Positions 59,343 to 64,000 of a stretch of 64,000 nucleotides of DNA are shown one piece after another. The position numbers and the translations under genes are program-made. The DNA lies in assembly GCA_007375535.1 (NCBI GenBank), contig VMEM01000005.1, positions 7,469-71,468 of the forward strand, written 5' to 3'. Position 1 is the stretch's first letter. Every line of letters begins with the position of its first letter. Below the pieces are notes generated by a model, which saw only the letters and a list, made by a program, of their open reading frames with translations, was not told the DNA's origin and searched no databases. Source of the stretch: Parcubacteria group bacterium LiPW_41 (GTDB lineage Bacteria; Patescibacteriota; Minisyncoccia; UBA6257; GWB1-50-10).

Positions 59343-59463
59343 CATGAGCTACAAAAAAAGAAAATTAAAAAGAAATAAAATAAGCCAACTAAAGTTCAAG
59401 GTCGGGCTGGCTTTTAATCTGATAAAGAAAAAAGTTCTTTCACAAATAAAAAGGAGAAAAGTC

Positions 59464-60246
59464 ATGAGACTTCAACAAACCCAAAAAATAATGGGGGATC
59501 TACGCCTTCTCAACAGAAACATAATTCAAAACAAGAAAATTGATGAGTGGGTCGATGAATACATAAACGAATGCATCCTAAACGGGAAGCCTGTGGAAAT
59601 TCTACTCCAATGGTGTAGCGGGCTTGGTTTGGAAACGCGAATGAAAAAACAGGGAGGAACCTTTGTTCCACTCACCACAGAAATTGATCTGATTCAAAAA
59701 CAGATTCCCCAGATCATCAACATATTTAACAAACAAAATGTACGAGTCTCTTGGATCATCACATTCAATCGTTCATACATAAAAAGACGCAGATTGGGAG
59801 ACAATGTTTTTTTTGCATATATTGCGATGATAAAGAATCTTGCAAATGGAATTAGAGAGCTGGAAGAAAGTTTGTTATTTTTTGATTGGGAAGAGCTATT
59901 GAGTGAGCTAAAACCAAATCAAAAAATTATTACTGAATTCAACTCCTTCGTAAGTAATAACGCAATGGAATATGAAGTGAAAAATTTCTTACAAATGCTC
60001 TCGCAATATCCAGACTCACTCACTTCAAAGGATGAAATACGCGAGGAAGCAAAATGCCGAATTGCATTTGAAAGTGAGGAAGCACAATTTCTTGCAGGGG
60101 ATACATCACCATTTGATAAAGGTATGTTCATCTTAATTCCACTGGAAAGGTCAGAACGCTATATATTTTTTGATCTTCTTGTTCCTGAGTTCACTAAACG
60201 AATAGTGTCAGTATTGAAACTATATCCGTGGCGCATGGAAAACTAA
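59464..60246 (+). CDS. Unknown 260-aa alpha/beta protein downstream of tRNA-His
   Basis: AAGGAG SD before ATG 59464; terminator 60254-60280. Confidence 0.8.
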   Translation: MRLQQTQKIMGDLRLLNRNIIQNKKIDEWVDEYINECILNGKPVEILLQWCSGLGLETRMKKQGGTFVPLTTEIDLIQKQIPQIINIFNKQNVRVSWIITFNRSYIKRRRLGDNVFFAYIAMIKNLANGIRELEESLLFFDWEELLSELKPNQKIITEFNSFVSNNAMEYEVKNFLQMLSQYPDSLTSKDEIREEAKCRIAFESEEAQFLAGDTSPFDKGMFILIPLERSERYIFFDLLVPEFTKRIVSVLKLYPWRMEN

Positions 60247-60355
60247 ATTAAATCCGCTAGTCCATAGACTAGCGGTTTTTAAATACAAATAACTTGTATT
60301 TTCTATCCTAATATTGGTATAGTGAGGCCAGAAACTTAAAACGGAGGAATATTAT

Positions 60356-61468
60356 ATGAAAGCGATTCACGAAATCGTCCTCACCGGAGGACCGTGTGGA
60401 GGAAAAACAACCGCATTAAGCAAGATACAATCGTGGCTAATGGATCGTGGTTTTAGAGTCTTTATAGCCCCAGAAACCGCTACCATAGTGATTGGAGGAG
60501 GAATCCGTGATATCGGACTTATTGCAGGAAAGAACCCAAAGAAATACAGAGATATTCAAAAAGAAATGCTTCGAATGCAACTTTCAAATAGAACTCACTT
60601 TTGGAATCTTGCAAAACTATTTAACGAACCAATAGTCATCCTTTATGACCGAGGTCCAATGGATGGTGCTGCATATATGGAAAGAAATTATTTTGAAGCA
60701 ATGATTGAAGAAGAACACTACACCTTAAGTGAGTTGCGCGATAGCTTCGATGGAGTTATTCATTTAGTAACCGCAGCAAACGGCGCACGTGAGTTTTATA
60801 CGACCGCAAACAATGAAGCCCGTCGCGAAACACCAGAAGAAGCAATTGTGCTTGATGAAAAAACAAAAGAGGCTTGGGTTGGTCATCCTCATCTTAAAAT
60901 AATCGACAATCCAGTTAGTGGAGAGGGATTTAATCTCAAGCTTCGTCGCGCAACTTCTACAATCGCACGAATCATTGGGATTCCGGTTCCAATAGAAATT
61001 GAAAGAAAATTTCTTGTAAAATCAGTTCCCGAATCATTCCTTAACAACCTTTCTAATTTGCACACCGCAAAAATTGAGCAGATATATATTGAAGGGACAG
61101 ACGAAACACGAATTCGCAAACGAATTGCAAGTGATGGAAGTGCAATCTATTCTCATACAATAAAATCACCGGGCGATAACACCGCAACACGGTACGAACG
61201 AGAAAGCAAAATTAGTCCAACACAATTTGCCGACTTACAAAAAAGTCAGAAACAGGGGACTATCACTATTTTCAAAAAGCGTCACTGTTTTGTTTGGAAC
61301 TCTCAATATTTTGAACTCGATATTTTCAAATCTCACGATGGACTTATTCTTCTTGAGGTTGAACTCACAGAAGAAAATGATTCAGTTGATCTTCCACCAT
61401 CATTTGAAATTGAAAAAGAAGTTACCGGAGATCCCGCATATTCAAATGCGGTACTCGCACAGATATAA
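60356..61468 (+). CDS. AAA_28/NadR-like P-loop fused to CYTH domain
   Basis: LTGGPCGGKTT, DRG.MDG; EIERKFLV, KKRHCF, LEVEL, EVTGD..YSN. Confidence 0.85.
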   Translation: MKAIHEIVLTGGPCGGKTTALSKIQSWLMDRGFRVFIAPETATIVIGGGIRDIGLIAGKNPKKYRDIQKEMLRMQLSNRTHFWNLAKLFNEPIVILYDRGPMDGAAYMERNYFEAMIEEEHYTLSELRDSFDGVIHLVTAANGAREFYTTANNEARRETPEEAIVLDEKTKEAWVGHPHLKIIDNPVSGEGFNLKLRRATSTIARIIGIPVPIEIERKFLVKSVPESFLNNLSNLHTAKIEQIYIEGTDETRIRKRIASDGSAIYSHTIKSPGDNTATRYERESKISPTQFADLQKSQKQGTITIFKKRHCFVWNSQYFELDIFKSHDGLILLEVELTEENDSVDLPPSFEIEKEVTGDPAYSNAVLAQI

Positions 61469-61503
61469 AATACCCCGCCAGTCTATAAGACTAGCGGGGT
61501 TTA

Positions 61504-62436
61504 TTATTTTCGTATTCCATACGGATCTGTCTTTCGAAACACGCTGTTTCTGCGTTCTCGTCCGGCTTGATTGTCTGGTTCGATATGAATATGTGCTGCC
61601 TTCATATCGGGAAATGCCTGCCGAATTGTCTGCTTCACCTTGTGACTTATCTTGTCATGCGCCTCCTCGACACTCATCAAGCAATCAACGCCAATATGAA
61701 AATCGGCATAGAATCCATTTTCGCGTCCTCGCGTTCGCACTGCATGACAAAATTTTACTTCAGGAATAGTCATCACTACACTCACAATCTTTTCTGGATC
61801 AATCACTTGGGCATCACATAATACTTTTGTAGTTGATCGAATGATTCCAATAATGATGCGGAGAATAAGAAAGGCAATAGCAAGTGTAATAACTCCATCG
61901 AGCCACAAAACACCTTGTCCGATAAAATAGATTCCCGCCATAACCGCAAGCGAAACAAATATGTCGCTTTTTGTTTCTGATGAATCTGCAATAAGCAGTT
62001 CGCTCTTTAACCTTCGTCCAGCACCACCTTCACACCACACAATGAAAAGATTAATAACAATAGAGGCAAGCATTATCACAAGCACAAAGGGCTGTAAAAC
62101 AATTGCTTGCGGATGAATTAATTTTTCAATTCCTGCTTTTGTTACTTCAAAGAAGGTGATTGAGATAATGCCAGCAATAATAAGCGTCGCAATTGCTTCA
62201 AACTTGTCATATCCGTATGAATATTTTTCATCAGGGTCTTTCCGCGCAAGTCGAATTGCAAGCATGCCTGCTACGTTAGAAAGCGAGTCACCAAGTGAGT
62301 GAATACCGTCGGCGGTAATTGCAAGAATTCCAGTGAATAATCCAAGCACAATTTTTATAATACAGGTCAAAAGATTGAGGAAAAATGTCCTCCAAAGAAC
62401 CACTTGAACCTCTCGTAGTCGTTCTTTTCGTTCCAT
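61504..62436 (-). CDS. Cation diffusion facilitator (FieF-like)
   Basis: ADGIHSLGD, YGYDKFE, EAH, HIHIEP. Confidence 0.9.
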   Translation of the reverse strand: MERKERLREVQVVLWRTFFLNLLTCIIKIVLGLFTGILAITADGIHSLGDSLSNVAGMLAIRLARKDPDEKYSYGYDKFEAIATLIIAGIISITFFEVTKAGIEKLIHPQAIVLQPFVLVIMLASIVINLFIVWCEGGAGRRLKSELLIADSSETKSDIFVSLAVMAGIYFIGQGVLWLDGVITLAIAFLILRIIIGIIRSTTKVLCDAQVIDPEKIVSVVMTIPEVKFCHAVRTRGRENGFYADFHIGVDCLMSVEEAHDKISHKVKQTIRQAFPDMKAAHIHIEPDNQAGRERRNSVFRKTDPYGIRK

Positions 62437-62569
62437 ATGAGCTCCTTTTTATAATGGTAATTTTCTGCCTTCAGAATAGTGTGGAAGTGTCAGTTGGTCA
62501 ATGTGGATTATAACAAAACCATATTTTAGTTGAATTTATATCGATTTTTTTGTATTATTGTTTGGCAAA

Positions 62570-62643
62570 TGCGGGATCGTCTAATGGTAGGACAGCGGAC
62601 TCTGAATCCGTCAATCTTGGTTCGAATCCAGGTCCCGCAGCCA
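62570..62643 (+). tRNA. tRNA-Gln(CTG)
   Basis: Cloverleaf, anticodon loop CTCTGAA, encoded CCA. Confidence 0.93.
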
Positions 62644-62666
62644 AAATAAAAACCCCCAAGAGGGGG

Positions 62667-63641
62667 TTAAGTTTTCATCTCCAACATTGGGAGGACCCAT
62701 TCGAATCCTGCTTTTATATCAATTCGATTGCATTCTTTAATCAGAAACATGACAAATGAATACATTTCGTGCAAACACATAGCACGTTCAATGTAAAACT
62801 TTCTTGATTCGAAATCTTCATCGTCATTTTCCAACACAGAAAGAACAAATATTGAAAGACATGAGTTATCATTTGGATCAAGTCCATCAATAGAAACTAT
62901 GTGTCTTCGTCCCAAAATAGCACCTGCATATATTTGATCACGCTCAGCAGAAGTGATTGCGTGGGGATTTGAAAGAAGCCAACATGCGTTCCCGTGAGCG
63001 TTCATAGCAAGTTCATCAATTACATCAGTTCTTAGCAATCCAATGTGTGTCTGAGAAATACACTGTCCAAACTCTCTTTCATACACTTTAATGACAAAGC
63101 CAGTATGCCTTTGTTTCTGGATGTGTTTCATCTTTTTTATGTCAGCAAAAAGATTCGCCATTAGCTCAGGAAGAAAACTCACTGCCATCATACTCTTGCG
63201 GTATTCGGCAAGTGCTTTTGCTTCTTTTTGACAATGCATGCGTTGCACCATCTTTGGGCGCATCACGTAATCTCTATCAGTATTTTCAATACATGCGAGG
63301 AGGAGAATCGCCACCGCAGAATTTTCCATTGGATCAAGCCCATATACAGAAACAATGTGCTCACGACCAATAGCCACGCCAGCAATTATATCGCTACCTC
63401 CAGAATTCTTTCTTTTCCATCCGCGCTTGAGATTTCTAATCGCGGCAGCACGATTGATTGATTCATCGCTAAAATCACATTTACCAAAAACTGCGTTTAT
63501 CACTGGAACATCTGACTTCCCATATACTGCAACATGCAATCCTTTTTTGGGAAACAGTTTGATGTGAGGTGCTTGAAGAATTATCTCAACTTCTTCGGAA
63601 ATGTCGTAAAAAACATCTCGGTAATCCAATTTTCTGCCCAT
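62667..63641 (-). CDS. Hypothetical protein with internal domain duplication
   Basis: AGVAIGREHIVSVYGLDPMENS and AGAILGRRHIVSIDGLDPNDNS; GGAG SD. Confidence 0.72.
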   Translation of the reverse strand: MGRKLDYRDVFYDISEEVEIILQAPHIKLFPKKGLHVAVYGKSDVPVINAVFGKCDFSDESINRAAAIRNLKRGWKRKNSGGSDIIAGVAIGREHIVSVYGLDPMENSAVAILLLACIENTDRDYVMRPKMVQRMHCQKEAKALAEYRKSMMAVSFLPELMANLFADIKKMKHIQKQRHTGFVIKVYEREFGQCISQTHIGLLRTDVIDELAMNAHGNACWLLSNPHAITSAERDQIYAGAILGRRHIVSIDGLDPNDNSCLSIFVLSVLENDDEDFESRKFYIERAMCLHEMYSFVMFLIKECNRIDIKAGFEWVLPMLEMKT

Positions 63642-63710
63642 CTGACTCTCCAATTAAGTTATTAATGTTGTACATAAAATACCAATAAATCATCACAAAG
63701 TCAATCTCAT

Positions 63711-63735
63711 TTGATGGAGGTCGGACCTCCATCAA
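63711..63735. repeat. REP-like perfect palindrome
   Basis: TTGATGGAGGTC-G-GACCTCCATCAA. Confidence 0.6.
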
Positions 63736-63764
63736 TTGGGAAACTAATGTCTTATAATAGATAT

Positions 63765-64000
63765 ATGGAAAACTATGTGTATTACAGCGAGCTACTAAAA
63801 CCATCATGGGCACCACCATCGTGGATCTTTGGGCCAGTATGGACAGTCTTGTATGTAATAATAATCATTTCATTCGGATTTGTATTATTTAAATACATAA
63901 AGAAGCAATACAAAACAGGGATTTTTCTTCCCTTTTTTCTCAACGCATTATTTAATGTTTTATTCACCCCAATTCAATTTGGATTGAAAAATAATTTTCT
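63765..64000 (+). CDS. tspO: TspO/MBR family protein (runs off window)
   Basis: Manual translation MENYVYYSELLKPSWAPPSWIFGPVWTVLY...FTPIQFG; TATAAT 6 nt upstream. Confidence 0.88.
   Translation, partial: MENYVYYSELLKPSWAPPSWIFGPVWTVLYVIIIISFGFVLFKYIKKQYKTGIFLPFFLNALFNVLFTPIQFGLKNNF

Noticed and set aside
59296-59463. N-terminal extension of the 316-aa ORF
   Set aside because: Starts inside the tRNA; SD supports ATG 59464
1-64000. Alternative genetic code (TGA recoded, code 25)
   Set aside because: Conserved genes are uninterrupted under code 11 and TGA serves as a stop

Overview
AT-rich bacterial chromosome segment (standard code 11), most likely Patescibacteria/CPR (Parcubacteria-like). 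This is inferred from DUF4012/DUF5663-type genes, minimal RF2/RecQ/Obg, leaderless core genes and heptamer intergenic repeats. Recognisable genes: rnhA, rnpB RNA, crtI-like, obgE, short prfB, recQ, ftsEX, glycosyltransferases, lepA, hisS, dus, an RNA pseudouridine synthase, a two-component system, a CDF transporter, tspO, and tRNA-Thr/Gly/Gln. These mostly leaderless genes are interleaved with many ORFan units that have their own sigma70 promoter, Shine-Dalgarno (SD) and terminator, including at least nine dispersed paralogues of one uncharacterised ~120-155 aa family. The most striking locus is 58.7-60.3 kb: a TrpR-like (YerC/HisR) repressor with tandem operator-like boxes, whose His-codon C-terminus overlaps an attenuator-like switch, followed by an atypical tRNA-His(GTG) and an unknown 260 aa protein. 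No CRISPR array, integrase, transposase or phage hallmark gene was seen. All functional calls come from motif reading only, with no database searches.
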